Virus record (IMG/VR): IMGVR_UViG_3300033074_000450
Location: 1 to 64,000 of that record
Source: a virus
Taxonomy: Duplodnaviria; Heunggongvirae; Uroviricota; Caudoviricetes
Strand: one strand, 5' to 3'
DNA: 64,000 nt
Numbering within the stretch: position 1 is the stretch's first letter; each line of letters opens with the position of its first letter. A program made the position numbers and the translations under genes. Below the pieces are notes generated by a model that did no database searches, had not been told where the DNA came from, and worked only from the letters and a program-made list of their open reading frames with translations. Of this stretch, positions 55,307 through 64,000 are shown in pieces.

Positions 55307-55863
55307 GTTTATTGGAACAACAGATTAAAGAGCTTCAGCAAAGGAAGTCAAAGGCTGACCTTTTTAAACTTATTCTGGAAGAGATTCAAACCAATCCAAA
55401 GAAAGAACAGTTTGCTGAAGTTTATGAAGATGTTATGGCAGAACTGGCAGAATTTGTTAGTGGTAGAGTTCAAGCCATTGAAAACGGAGAAGAAAAACAA
55501 CCAGCTAAACAACCAGCAGAATTGACGGAAGAGGATAAAGACCTCCTTAAAGCTCTCGCAAATAGAGCAAGGGAGAGAGTCAGTGCTCCAGTTCAAAATA
55601 CAGGAGCCTTTGCAGACGAAGATATTACTGTTCCAAAAAATCCCCAACCAAGAGCTAATAATTCACAGAAGCAAGCCAAGAGACAAGACATGTTGCAATT
55701 TGCTCAACAGCATCGTCATTTAGATAGAAAGCGTGTCACAGTTCACACTCCTCAAGGAGACGTTGGAGGCATTGTTGTGGGAGCTATTGCACCTAATCTT
55801 ATTATTAAGACTGATACGGGTCACGAAGTTCCTGTTCCTCCAGAAAATATTACGGTGGAGTAA
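55303..55863 (+). CDS. Hypothetical protein
   Basis: Start trimmed to the Met with a GGAGG RBS. Confidence 0.4.
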   Translation: MSLLEQQIKELQQRKSKADLFKLILEEIQTNPKKEQFAEVYEDVMAELAEFVSGRVQAIENGEEKQPAKQPAELTEEDKDLLKALANRARERVSAPVQNTGAFADEDITVPKNPQPRANNSQKQAKRQDMLQFAQQHRHLDRKRVTVHTPQGDVGGIVVGAIAPNLIIKTDTGHEVPVPPENITVE

Positions 55864-55866
55864 TCT

Positions 55867-56598
55867 ATGACAACGAAAAAGACCAAGAAGAAACCAACTA
55901 AAAAGAAGAAGCTTCCTCTAGCTAATAAAATAGCTAATCTACCACGTTTAGAGGATATGAAAACTTTCGTAGTAGATGAAGAAGAAACTCTTGTAGAAAA
56001 AGTTCTTAATGAGAGAAATCTCATCACAACTCCAAGCATGGAACATACTGCTCCAGTACATCACGAAACTCAACTTGGAACAGTTCGCATTGAAGGAGAA
56101 GTGACTCCACAGAAATTGGCTCTAGCCAAACAATTCGAGCAAGTATTCCAAGCTTCTGTAGATGAAATCATGGGCTTGGCAAGCATGACTCCTAATCCAG
56201 AGACTATGGATTTTGTTAAGCGTTCTGGTTTAACAAACAAACAAGTCGAGGAAATGAAGAAATCAGAGCCCTGGACTACGTTTCAAATCAATGGAGAAAC
56301 TCTGCTCAAGACAACGGATAATAAGATTGAGAATGTAAAGTTCTATTTTTATCGTTTGGAAAGAGCTGTGATTCAACAAATCAATTTGAGAAAACAGGCA
56401 GAAGAAGACGCTAAAGAAGCCAGATTAGAGCTTGGAGATGCCAAAGCAGATGTGGCTAGACTTAATAAAAGAATTGAAAAAATTGCAAGCGATATCCAAG
56501 CTGGAGTTTTTAATCAATCTTTAGCTTCAAAATTGTTCTTGTCAGTCAAAAAAGTTTGTAGTAATCTATATCAGTCAGTACTTAATTTACTTAAATAA
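55867..56598 (+). CDS. Coiled-coil protein (scaffold-like)
   Basis: Lys-rich N-terminus and an alpha-helical charged C-terminus. Confidence 0.35.
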   Translation: MTTKKTKKKPTKKKKLPLANKIANLPRLEDMKTFVVDEEETLVEKVLNERNLITTPSMEHTAPVHHETQLGTVRIEGEVTPQKLALAKQFEQVFQASVDEIMGLASMTPNPETMDFVKRSGLTNKQVEEMKKSEPWTTFQINGETLLKTTDNKIENVKFYFYRLERAVIQQINLRKQAEEDAKEARLELGDAKADVARLNKRIEKIASDIQAGVFNQSLASKLFLSVKKVCSNLYQSVLNLLK

Positions 56599-56608
56599 GG
56601 AGTAAAAC

Positions 56609-57220
56609 ATGGGAAAGAAGAAAACCAATAACGGTGGAAAGCCACATCAATCATTGTCTTTTGAACAACTGGTAGCTAAGGCTAACCAGGAGCGTTTGAA
56701 GCCATACATCCATGAGCTTTTCATGAGTTTGGGCAATGATTTGTCTCAACGAGTTTTCCGTCAACTCGCTAACATTCAAACACGAGTGATGGCATTAGAA
56801 GAAATTCTTATTGGGAAATTCAATGTTACTGAAGTTGAGATTCAACAAAAAGTGGCAGAAATCGAAGATGAAGCTACTGGTTATAAGTCAGTAACTCGTC
56901 CTGCTGAAGCTGGAGACCTTCTTCGTGTAAGCATCGAGACCAAAGCAAAAGGTACTGAGGAATTCACAGCTCCAGTAAAACGTCAAATTACTAAGCTCTT
57001 GAATCAACCTTTCAGCTTGACTGAAACTATCGAAAAGGCTCTTGTAGGAGTCTCTGCTGGAGAGACTAAAGAAGTCACTCTTGAAGGTGATTTCTTGGTT
57101 CGAGTCACAGTAGACCGAGTTTCGGAAAACCTAGCTGCAAAAGCACAAGCTGAAGCAGAGGCAGCTAAAGCTGCTCAACCTACTGAAACGGAGCAGACAA
57201 ATGAAAGTCCGAATGCTTAG
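56609..57220 (+). CDS. Hypothetical protein (scaffold or decoration candidate)
   Basis: 203 aa with AAGGAG RBS. Confidence 0.35.
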   Translation: MGKKKTNNGGKPHQSLSFEQLVAKANQERLKPYIHELFMSLGNDLSQRVFRQLANIQTRVMALEEILIGKFNVTEVEIQQKVAEIEDEATGYKSVTRPAEAGDLLRVSIETKAKGTEEFTAPVKRQITKLLNQPFSLTETIEKALVGVSAGETKEVTLEGDFLVRVTVDRVSENLAAKAQAEAEAAKAAQPTETEQTNESPNA

Positions 57221-57497
57221 AAACCTCATAGGAGTCGAGAAGCTGGGCAAGGCTTCTCGAAGGAATGCAGGGGACCTCTTTGCTCCCACTGAAGTCACTC
57301 ACAATATCGGAGTAGTTCGTTACGTTGGAGAAGACCTTACCTCTAAATTCTCAGTAGGCCAGAAGGTTTATTGCGGTAATCAGAGAGAAGAAATTCGCAT
57401 GGACGGAGCCGATATAATGGTGATGCAAGAGCAAAATGTAATTGCCATTGTGGAGGACTCAGATGAGGAAGTCAAAGAAGAATCCTCAGAAGCCTAG
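57201..57497 (+). CDS. groES: Co-chaperonin GroES (Cpn10) homolog
   Basis: Colinear with E. coli GroES: MKVRMLRNLIGVEK vs MNIRPLHDRVIVKR; NAGDLFAP vs SAGGIVLT; GVVRYVGED vs GEVLAVGNG; ADIMVMQEQNVIAIVE vs EEVLIMSESDILAIVE. Acidic tail. Confidence 0.7.
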   Translation: MKVRMLRNLIGVEKLGKASRRNAGDLFAPTEVTHNIGVVRYVGEDLTSKFSVGQKVYCGNQREEIRMDGADIMVMQEQNVIAIVEDSDEEVKEESSEA

Positions 57498-57501
57498 AAG
57501 G

Positions 57502-58086
57502 ATGTTCGATTTTAGCGGTAAGCAGAACGCTGACGCTAAGATGGCTCAGTTGGGTATCCATTTGGAAACTCTCTTAGAGCATGGCATCAATTTTAGAGAC
57601 CGTATCATTACTATAAAAGATGATATTGATTCTGACTTATTTTTAAAGATTGACGCTGCTTTATCTGAGATGGAGTCAGATAATCGTAGAGCCATTACCA
57701 TTAGAATCAACAGTCAAGGCGGTTCAGTTTATGACGCTTTAGCTATCGTTGGTCGTTTGAAATCATCTAAATGTAGAATTGTTACTATTGGCTTTGGAGC
57801 CATCATGTCAGCGGCTACCCTTATTCTAGCTTGCGGAGACGAGAGAAAAATGTCAGATATTGCATGGTTCATGCACCATGAATCACAATATGCAGTAGAA
57901 GGCTCTCATAGCCAGATTGTGGACGCTGTGACTCAAGCTGAGAAAGAAGAAGCTCAATGGGCTACAGCAATGGAAGGCTACAGCAAGAAGGATGCCAAGT
58001 TCTGGAGAAAAGTAGCCAAGGATAAAAACGCCTATTTTACAGCTCAGGAATTACTTGACATGGGTGTAATTGATGAGCTAATCTGA
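57502..58086 (+). CDS. ClpP/S49-fold serine protease (lambda gpC-like prohead protease candidate)
   Basis: INSQGGSVYDALAIVGRL, catalytic Ser in GAIMSAATL, His in MHHES. Start trimmed to the Met after the GroES stop. Confidence 0.6.
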   Translation: MFDFSGKQNADAKMAQLGIHLETLLEHGINFRDRIITIKDDIDSDLFLKIDAALSEMESDNRRAITIRINSQGGSVYDALAIVGRLKSSKCRIVTIGFGAIMSAATLILACGDERKMSDIAWFMHHESQYAVEGSHSQIVDAVTQAEKEEAQWATAMEGYSKKDAKFWRKVAKDKNAYFTAQELLDMGVIDELI

Positions 58087-58107
58087 TAATAGACTACCAG
58101 TAGGGAG

Positions 58108-58512
58108 GTGTCTATGAAGCAAGGTAATGATAATTTCAGAGAAGGCTCTTGGGTATTTTATAATAATCCTGGACATCACTTTCATTTGATGATGTTCCAA
58201 ATTCAAAAAATTGTACCTATGACGATGAACTCTCCAGGAGGCTATGATTTAGTCTATGGAGCTAGGTCAATCTTCGCTAAATGTGATGAGCTTATTCATA
58301 GGGGAGACCCCAAAGTTCAGAACATGATTCTATCAAATAGATATGTTCCAGAAAACAAAGCTTTCGTAGTTGGCTCTAACGGAGAACCTTTAGTTGTGAT
58401 TGATAATATTGGAACCAAAGCTTCTCATGATGGGCATGAAGTGGTAGAGAATTATGCTGGAGGTAAATCCTTCAAGTATTGCAGAAATTGTAAGGTGGAA
58501 GTTAGTGAATAA
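58108..58512 (+). CDS. Hypothetical protein
   Basis: 134 aa with GGGAGG RBS. Confidence 0.4.
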   Translation: MSMKQGNDNFREGSWVFYNNPGHHFHLMMFQIQKIVPMTMNSPGGYDLVYGARSIFAKCDELIHRGDPKVQNMILSNRYVPENKAFVVGSNGEPLVVIDNIGTKASHDGHEVVENYAGGKSFKYCRNCKVEVSE

Positions 58513-58528
58513 ACCAAAAGTATCTTTA

Positions 58529-59299
58529 ATGAAGAGGATTGATGCCTACTTGAAAAAAGTAGCAAATCCTCCTCATTATGGAGGAGACCCACGAATAAAA
58601 CCATCGGATTTAGGCTCCCCTTGTTACAGAAAGATATTTTATTCTTATCTCAGAACAGAACCCGATACGCAGATTGATGCGAAACAAAAAAGAATCTTTG
58701 ATACTGGAGATGCTTTCCACGATATGTTGAAGGAGTGGGTAAAAGGCACTGGAGTCTTGGTCGAATACAAGGACCCAAAAACAGGCCAAATCCCAATTAA
58801 CAAGTGGAGCAAAAAGCCAGACGGGGAATTTCCAATCGTAGTTCCTGAGCTGGATATTAAGCAGGGAAAGATTGACGCAATCCTGAAGATTGATGGAAAG
58901 CTCTGGATTGGAGAATTCAAATCCATCAAGGATGAAAAATTTCACGACCTTACAGGTGCTCAAGAAGAGCATAAAATCCAAGCCAATACTTACGTCCACC
59001 TCTTCGAGTACTGCTTGAATCGAGGAGATTACAAACACATCAAGGAACTAGAAGGCTTCACAGAAGTTCAAGGAGTCATTTTTATTTACCTTAATAAGAA
59101 TGATTCGGAGCCGAAAGAGTATGTGGTCGAGAAGGACGATAAACATTTGGAAACCATTATTTCCAAAATTGCAAAACTCAAGAAGTATGTTGAGAAGAAG
59201 GAACTTCCTCCAAAAACATCCCACTATTGCAACTACTGTCCATTCCAGAAAAAATGCAAGAAAAATTTTAATCCACTTGATTCTGATGATTCAGAGTGA
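58529..59299 (+). CDS. PD-(D/E)XK nuclease of the Cas4/RecB type, with a probable Fe-S cluster
   Basis: D...IGEFKS (D-ExK) core. One N-terminal Cys (GSPCYRK) plus a C-terminal CNYCPFQKKC cluster. Start trimmed to Met26. Confidence 0.5.
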   Translation: MKRIDAYLKKVANPPHYGGDPRIKPSDLGSPCYRKIFYSYLRTEPDTQIDAKQKRIFDTGDAFHDMLKEWVKGTGVLVEYKDPKTGQIPINKWSKKPDGEFPIVVPELDIKQGKIDAILKIDGKLWIGEFKSIKDEKFHDLTGAQEEHKIQANTYVHLFEYCLNRGDYKHIKELEGFTEVQGVIFIYLNKNDSEPKEYVVEKDDKHLETIISKIAKLKKYVEKKELPPKTSHYCNYCPFQKKCKKNFNPLDSDDSE

Positions 59300-59379
59300 T
59301 ACCATGTACTGGCAGGAGTCTTAATTATATCACACGGATAGGTGTTATATGGTTTAAAACTCAGGGATATAATTAGAGT

Positions 59380-59565
59380 ATGAGAACTAGGACAGAGATG
59401 GACCTTTTAAATTTAAGACAAAGATACCGAGATTATTTGAAATATCTCAGGTCTAGAACTGTCATTCCTCTTGAAGAGTATAGGAAAGCTTATATTCGAT
59501 ATGAGGCTTGCAATCAGGTTTTAATGGAATATAGGCTTAACTATAAATACAAAGACATAGCATAG
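59380..59565 (+). CDS. Hypothetical protein
   Basis: 61 aa. Confidence 0.3.
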   Translation: MRTRTEMDLLNLRQRYRDYLKYLRSRTVIPLEEYRKAYIRYEACNQVLMEYRLNYKYKDIA

Positions 59566-59574
59566 GAGAAAAAT

Positions 59575-60567
59575 ATGTCACTTTTGGGTAAAAACTTATT
59601 GAAAGTATTAGGAGTCCTAATGGTAGGGACTATTCTAGGAATTGGAATCTATCAAGGTAAGGATTATATCCAAAACCAACCAGTGTATTCCTCTTTTGAC
59701 GATGCAAAACCGTATGAGAAAATCACAGTAGTAAATGAGGCTCAACCATTGAAGCCAACAATCGCACCTGCTGTTGAACCAGTCAATCCTGAAACTCTAA
59801 AAGTTTTGACTCTTCGTCCAGATAACACGTTGATTTTTAACGAAGTTGTGACTGACGATTCAGTAGCCAAATTTCAGCTTAAACTAAACGAAATGAGTAA
59901 TAAGCTTCCTGCAAGCCAAGAAATCATCTTAGTTCTTTACACTCCAGGTGGAAGCGTTGATGCTGGTATGTTACTAATTGATAGCGTCAAAGCTGTTCCT
60001 CAGAAAGTCAAAACCTTAACAATTTTCGCAGCTTCTATGGGTTTTCAGTTTGTACAAAACCTTGACGAGCGTCTTATTATCCCTTCTGGAGTCTTGATGA
60101 GCCACAGAGCTACGTTGGGTCTTCAAGGTGAGTTGGATGGAGAATTTGATGTTCGATTGAATTCTATCCGAAGACAAGTACGCTACATGGACCAAATTGC
60201 TGCAAATAGAATGAAAATGCCTTTGGACGCTTATAAGACCTTGATTCGAGACGAATACTGGGTTCATGGTTTTGAGTCCGTAGAAGATAGGGCAGCAGAT
60301 AAACTTATCTTGGCTAGATGTGGGAAAGAAATGACTGGAACAGAAGAAAAAGAAGTACCTACATTCTTCGGACCTATTAAGGTTGTTTTCTCTAAATGCC
60401 CTTTGATTACCGCTCCTCTTGAAATCAAGTTTGATAAATTAGCTCCAGAGGGTCTTCCTGAAATGAAAACCTACATGAGTCTCTTGTATCAAGACCCAAA
60501 AGAATTCTTCAATACCTACATTAAAACAGAAAAATTTATGCAGGTTCTTGTAAATAAGAAAAAGTAG
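59575..60567 (+). CDS. Membrane-anchored ClpP/NfeD (S49)-like serine protease
   Basis: N-terminal TM helix LLKVLGVLMVGTILGIGI. TPGGSVDAGMLLID, Ser in AASMG, His in MSHRA. Confidence 0.55.
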   Translation: MSLLGKNLLKVLGVLMVGTILGIGIYQGKDYIQNQPVYSSFDDAKPYEKITVVNEAQPLKPTIAPAVEPVNPETLKVLTLRPDNTLIFNEVVTDDSVAKFQLKLNEMSNKLPASQEIILVLYTPGGSVDAGMLLIDSVKAVPQKVKTLTIFAASMGFQFVQNLDERLIIPSGVLMSHRATLGLQGELDGEFDVRLNSIRRQVRYMDQIAANRMKMPLDAYKTLIRDEYWVHGFESVEDRAADKLILARCGKEMTGTEEKEVPTFFGPIKVVFSKCPLITAPLEIKFDKLAPEGLPEMKTYMSLLYQDPKEFFNTYIKTEKFMQVLVNKKK

Positions 60568-60602
60568 TTGACGAAATAATCTACATTTGATATCCTTCGA
60601 GT

Positions 60603-60628
60603 AGGGGAAGTTAATAGCTTCCCCTTTT
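60603..60628 (+). terminator. Rho-independent terminator
   Basis: AGGGGAAG-ttaatag-CTTCCCCT followed by TTT. Confidence 0.65.
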
Positions 60629-60683
60629 AACATCTTGGAGACATAACATAACTCCGCTTAATCATTAAGAAATCGGAGATATT

Positions 60684-61172
60684 ATGTCATCGGATGACCA
60701 AAAAAGAACCCTATCGTTAGTTGAAAAAGCCCTGGACTTAACGGATTTAAGAGCCAGAACTTACTGGAATACAGTAGGACTCAACAAAGAATACTTCCCT
60801 ACAGAGCCTAGACCAGAATCAATCCCCACGTTTAATAAGCATGGACGGGTTCTTCAGGAACCTCAAGACGAGTGGTGGATTAACTCAAAAGAACATAATT
60901 TTTGTTTCTGGTCCTACTTACGGGAGAAGAGTCAACCAGATGGAACGATGGAACCTCTCCTACAATCTGAAATTGCAGACCTGTTTGGATGTTCAAGTAC
61001 TAAAGTCCACTTTATGTTAAAAGAGGCTATGGATAAATTGATGGCTGAAGAGAACATGCAAATATTACAAAATCTCCTGAATTTGACCGAAGAAGAACCA
61101 TCAGAACATAATGTAGAAATTACATCCATCAGCAATATAGAGCAGCTAGATGAGGATGAAGACTCCGAATAA
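60684..61172 (+). CDS. Sigma-70 region-4-like HTH protein (possible late-gene transcription factor)
   Basis: EIADLFGCSSTKVHFMLKEAMDKLM resembles the sigma70_r4 consensus. Acidic C-terminus. Confidence 0.35.
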   Translation: MSSDDQKRTLSLVEKALDLTDLRARTYWNTVGLNKEYFPTEPRPESIPTFNKHGRVLQEPQDEWWINSKEHNFCFWSYLREKSQPDGTMEPLLQSEIADLFGCSSTKVHFMLKEAMDKLMAEENMQILQNLLNLTEEEPSEHNVEITSISNIEQLDEDEDSE

Positions 61173-61205
61173 AATCAATAGCCATAGATGTTGTATAATT
61201 TATCT

Positions 61206-62096
61206 ATGGCAGATAAAAAATTCAACATTATCGTACCTACAGAATTAGTCAAGGGAGAAGACGGTGATTGGAAAATCATGGGTCTTGCCTCGACTCCTTC
61301 TAGAGACCTCCAAGGTGAGGTCATTGACCAGTCTGGTCTAGACCTAACTCCTATCGACATGAAAAAGGGTATCTTCAACTGGGACCATAAAAAGGGTCCA
61401 GAAAATACCATTGGAGTTATCGACTCTTATAAGAAATCAAAAGATGGCCTTTGGCTTCAAGGAAGACTTCTGAAGAACCACAGTAAAGCCAAGGCGGTCT
61501 ATGAAATCATGACCTCCCTTAATAAGGCAGATGTGGGTCGAATGGGTATGTCCATTGAGGGTGTAATCAAAGAACGAGCTGGAAAAGACGGAAAAGTAAT
61601 CAAAAAAGCCGTTATTCATTCATGTGCTTTGACTATGAATCCAGTAAATACCGATACTTATGCATCTTTAATCAAGTCTCTAAATGAAGTAGAATTCGAG
61701 AAGGATGAAGAACCACAAGTTGATTCTAGCGTTCAAGAGGTCGAATTTGATAGAGCTGACCAACCCATGTTCTCTGCCAACCAAGTTCTTACCATTGTGG
61801 AAAAGGCTCTTGGAGTAGGTGCAGGTGGAGCCGCTGCTCCTGCTGACCGTTCAGGTGGAGATGCCCTTGTCCAATCCGATATGAAGGAAGATGACAAGAA
61901 AAAGAAGAAAAAAGAAGATGTTGAAAAATGTAATGAAGTTACTAAGTCTTTGAAAAAACAGAGTTTTCAGCTTTACAAATCAAGTATCATAGATGTTTTG
62001 GATAAATTACAAAAGCTTTATCCTGAGCATTCACGTTCTGAGATTTGGGAAGCAGTTAGGGAAAGGCTTCAAAGCTCATTTCCCAGCATTAAATAA
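61206..62096 (+). CDS. HK97-family (U35/S78) prohead protease with a C-terminal scaffold-like extension
   Basis: IMGLAS, NWDHKKGPENTIGVIDSYKKSKDGLWLQG, MSIEGV and IHSCALTMNPVNTD match the U35 consensus. The alternative start at 61188 is preceded by a TATAAT. Confidence 0.75.
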   Translation: MADKKFNIIVPTELVKGEDGDWKIMGLASTPSRDLQGEVIDQSGLDLTPIDMKKGIFNWDHKKGPENTIGVIDSYKKSKDGLWLQGRLLKNHSKAKAVYEIMTSLNKADVGRMGMSIEGVIKERAGKDGKVIKKAVIHSCALTMNPVNTDTYASLIKSLNEVEFEKDEEPQVDSSVQEVEFDRADQPMFSANQVLTIVEKALGVGAGGAAAPADRSGGDALVQSDMKEDDKKKKKKEDVEKCNEVTKSLKKQSFQLYKSSIIDVLDKLQKLYPEHSRSEIWEAVRERLQSSFPSIK

Positions 62097-62159
62097 AAAT
62101 TTCAAAGAATGGTATAATCATTAAGAGGACACTTTAATTAAAGTTTCAGGAGTTATAAA

Positions 62160-62387
62160 ATGCCACAAAGTACTTTAAAAGGACGAGGAAAAGCTAGTTC
62201 AATCAAAACGAACACTATTCCCAATAAATCTGCTACTCAAGCAATCCTTCGCAAACAAGATGAAATTATTGAAAAGCTAAATTTGATTTTAGCTGCTATC
62301 GAAGCTTCTACTGACGGGGATACTCTTCAGGCCGCTCTTGACACAGCAGAAATCAAAGCTGTACTTGAAAAAGTTAAGCTTATCTAA
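62160..62387 (+). CDS. Hypothetical protein
   Basis: 75 aa. A TGgTATAAT extended -10 lies at about 62110. Confidence 0.4.
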   Translation: MPQSTLKGRGKASSIKTNTIPNKSATQAILRKQDEIIEKLNLILAAIEASTDGDTLQAALDTAEIKAVLEKVKLI

Positions 62388-62389
62388 TC

Positions 62390-63196
62390 ATGGAGGAACA
62401 GATGTCTAAAGAAAATCTTAATAAATCTATTGATGCCATGATTGATGAGTTGTTCGCTGAGAAACCAGTCGAAAAGTCTTTGGACGTTGCAAGCATGGCT
62501 TCTACTAAAGCTGATGAAGCTGTAAATAAAGCTCCAAAAGCTCAAAAGGATGAAGACCGAGGTGCAGGTCGTCCTAAGCAAATCTCTGATGTTCCTCAAA
62601 CGGACATGGATGGTAAGCGTGAAGGTGACTACGATGGTTCTATCGCTGCAAAGCAAAAAGAAGATGAACCTTCTGAAACTGACCAAGTAAAAACTTCAGA
62701 CCAAACTAAAGGTAAACAAGACAAGAGCAATCCTCCTATGATGAAGTCAATCTCTGAACAGGAATATGCTGAGTTTGTTGCTTTTAAAAAGGCTCAAGAA
62801 GACAAGCAAAAAGAAGAAGTTTTGAAGAAGACTCGTGATGAACAGCGTGACCTTATTAAGTCTGCCATCAAAGAAGCTACTTCAAGTATCTCTAAAGAGA
62901 ACGAAGAACTTCGTAAGTCTTTAGCTGAAACCCAAGAATTGGTAAAAGCAATGGCTGAACGTCCTCAAAGACGTAAGTCTATTGATGGTATCCAAGCTCT
63001 TGAAAAGTCTCAGACTGAAGAGCAAGGTCCTCAATCTTTCAGCAAATCAGAAATGCTTGATGCTGCTGAAGAATTGGTTATGAAGAAGTCTACGGATTTC
63101 CGTGATGACCACTTGATTGAGCTTGAGAACACTGGCTTTATTTTTGACCAAAGAGCCCGTCAAGTTCTTGAGAACTACATTAAGAACAAAAAGTAA
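62390..63196 (+). CDS. Scaffolding-like charged coiled-coil protein
   Basis: 268 aa, K/E/D-rich and alpha-helical. Lies between the prohead protease and the capsid-like gene. Confidence 0.4.
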   Translation: MEEQMSKENLNKSIDAMIDELFAEKPVEKSLDVASMASTKADEAVNKAPKAQKDEDRGAGRPKQISDVPQTDMDGKREGDYDGSIAAKQKEDEPSETDQVKTSDQTKGKQDKSNPPMMKSISEQEYAEFVAFKKAQEDKQKEEVLKKTRDEQRDLIKSAIKEATSSISKENEELRKSLAETQELVKAMAERPQRRKSIDGIQALEKSQTEEQGPQSFSKSEMLDAAEELVMKKSTDFRDDHLIELENTGFIFDQRARQVLENYIKNKK

Positions 63197-63299
63197 GCTT
63201 TTAACACGATAAAAAAATTTACAAAAGTATGTTACAATTACAATATAGCAAATGGATTTAAGGCTTTTAGAATAAAGCCAAATTTTAAGGAGACATAAA

Positions 63300-64000
63300 A
63301 TGTCGCAAATTCTTAATCAGGTCGCAAATGACCCTTCAATGACTGGCTTCGGTAGCCATTCAGCACGAGAAGTTGAAGAGCTACAAAAAGCCCTTTCTAT
63401 TTCTCAGAACTATGGTACTACTGCTCCAGGTTCATTAACAGGCGGTTCAGCTCTTGCAGTAGAAGACCTAGACCGTACCCTTAAGCTAGTTACTCACGGC
63501 TTGGAACACCTCCGTTTGTGGAAAGACATCTTGAAAGAGAAAGTCACTCAAACTGTTTCTGAGTATAACGTGCAAAATAGCTATGGTCAAGAGATTTCTC
63601 CATTCTTCGCAATGGGTGGAACTCCTGTATCTACAGATGCTAACTATGACCGTGAAATCGTTCAGGTTAAGTATCTTGGTACACAAGGCCAAGTTCAACA
63701 TAACCTGACGCTTATCCAAGCTGCTCACGGTCCTGTTGTTGCTCGTGAAGTTAAAAACAAAACTATCGAACTTTTGGCTCGTAACGAAAGAGCAATGTTC
63801 GAGGCGAACTCTGCAATCAACTCTCTTGAGTATGATGGCGTTGACGCTCAAATGGAAGCTAAAGAATCTGCTTCTCAGTACAAATCAACCGCTTTTGCTG
63901 GTTATGAGTCTGTAGGCAATTCTGAGTCTGTAATCATGGATATCCGTGGTGAGATGGACGAAGATGTTAACGAAGATGCTTGTTTGAAAGCAGTTAACAA
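63300..64000 (+). CDS. Major capsid protein candidate (3'-partial; runs off the window end)
   Basis: Open frame from an ATG with AAGGAGA RBS to the window end (233 aa or more). It follows the protease/scaffold genes. The 63486..63851 minus-strand ORF is antisense to it. Confidence 0.45.
   Translation, partial: MSQILNQVANDPSMTGFGSHSAREVEELQKALSISQNYGTTAPGSLTGGSALAVEDLDRTLKLVTHGLEHLRLWKDILKEKVTQTVSEYNVQNSYGQEISPFFAMGGTPVSTDANYDREIVQVKYLGTQGQVQHNLTLIQAAHGPVVAREVKNKTIELLARNERAMFEANSAINSLEYDGVDAQMEAKESASQYKSTAFAGYESVGNSESVIMDIRGEMDEDVNEDACLKAVN

Noticed and set aside
63486-63851. 121-aa minus-strand ORF
   Set aside because: Antisense to the long open capsid-like frame that starts at 63300 with a good RBS and runs to the window edge.
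1-64000. Searched for CRISPR arrays, integrase/excisionase, reverse transcriptase (retron/DGR) and transposase genes
   Set aside because: No spaced direct-repeat arrays were found. No tyrosine/serine recombinase, RT or transposase motifs were recognised in any ORF. The element looks like a virulent phage segment.

Overview
This 64-kb window reads as one contiguous piece of a large, apparently virulent dsDNA phage genome of about 40% GC; no integrase or repressor is visible. 

Gene order: The left edge carries the end of a structural/lysis block: a G/S/T/N-rich fibre-like protein running off the 5' edge, then an M15 peptidase endolysin. A minus-strand early block follows, with ThyX, several small membrane proteins, an SPFH/band-7 protein in an operon with a CXXCH cytochrome-c-like protein, and an SF2 helicase. 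A divergent promoter region with operator-like repeats leads into a long plus-strand block. That block holds a phage GroEL and nucleotide metabolism genes: a class-II-like RNR with no NrdB partner in the window, dCMP deaminase, MazG and a T4 gp1-like dNMP kinase. It then holds a replisome: an acidic/basic protein pair, an AEP-primase/SF4-helicase fusion, and a family-A polymerase with a zinc-ribbon insertion. Recombination genes follow: a RecA/UvsX-like ATPase, Mre11/Rad50, RuvC and a UvrD-like helicase. Also present are a tRNA-like gene, an SLT lytic transglycosylase, a collagen-like lipoprotein, and about 40 small unknown genes that include a NADAR/YbiA-like candidate anti-ADP-ribosylation protein. 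From about 46 kb the packaging and head module runs to the right edge: large terminase, portal, a GroES homolog, a ClpP-like protease, a Cas4-like nuclease, a membrane-anchored ClpP/NfeD-like protease, a sigma-region-4-like protein, an HK97-family prohead protease, scaffold-like proteins and a 3'-partial major-capsid-like ORF. 

Most unusual findings: The most unusual content is the phage-encoded chaperonin pair (GroEL plus a distant GroES). Next is a membrane operon of SPFH, a small TM protein and a cytochrome-c-like protein, with a second CXXCH paralog and a remote NfeD-like protease. The rest are a structured 356-bp non-coding region ending in a terminator just before an RBS, antiterminator/terminator alternative hairpins ahead of the replisome operon, an iteron/direct-repeat-rich region ahead of the packaging module, and an 11-bp inverted repeat bounding a 175-bp element inside the head module. 

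No database searches or alignments were run, so every functional call rests on motifs read by eye in the sequence.
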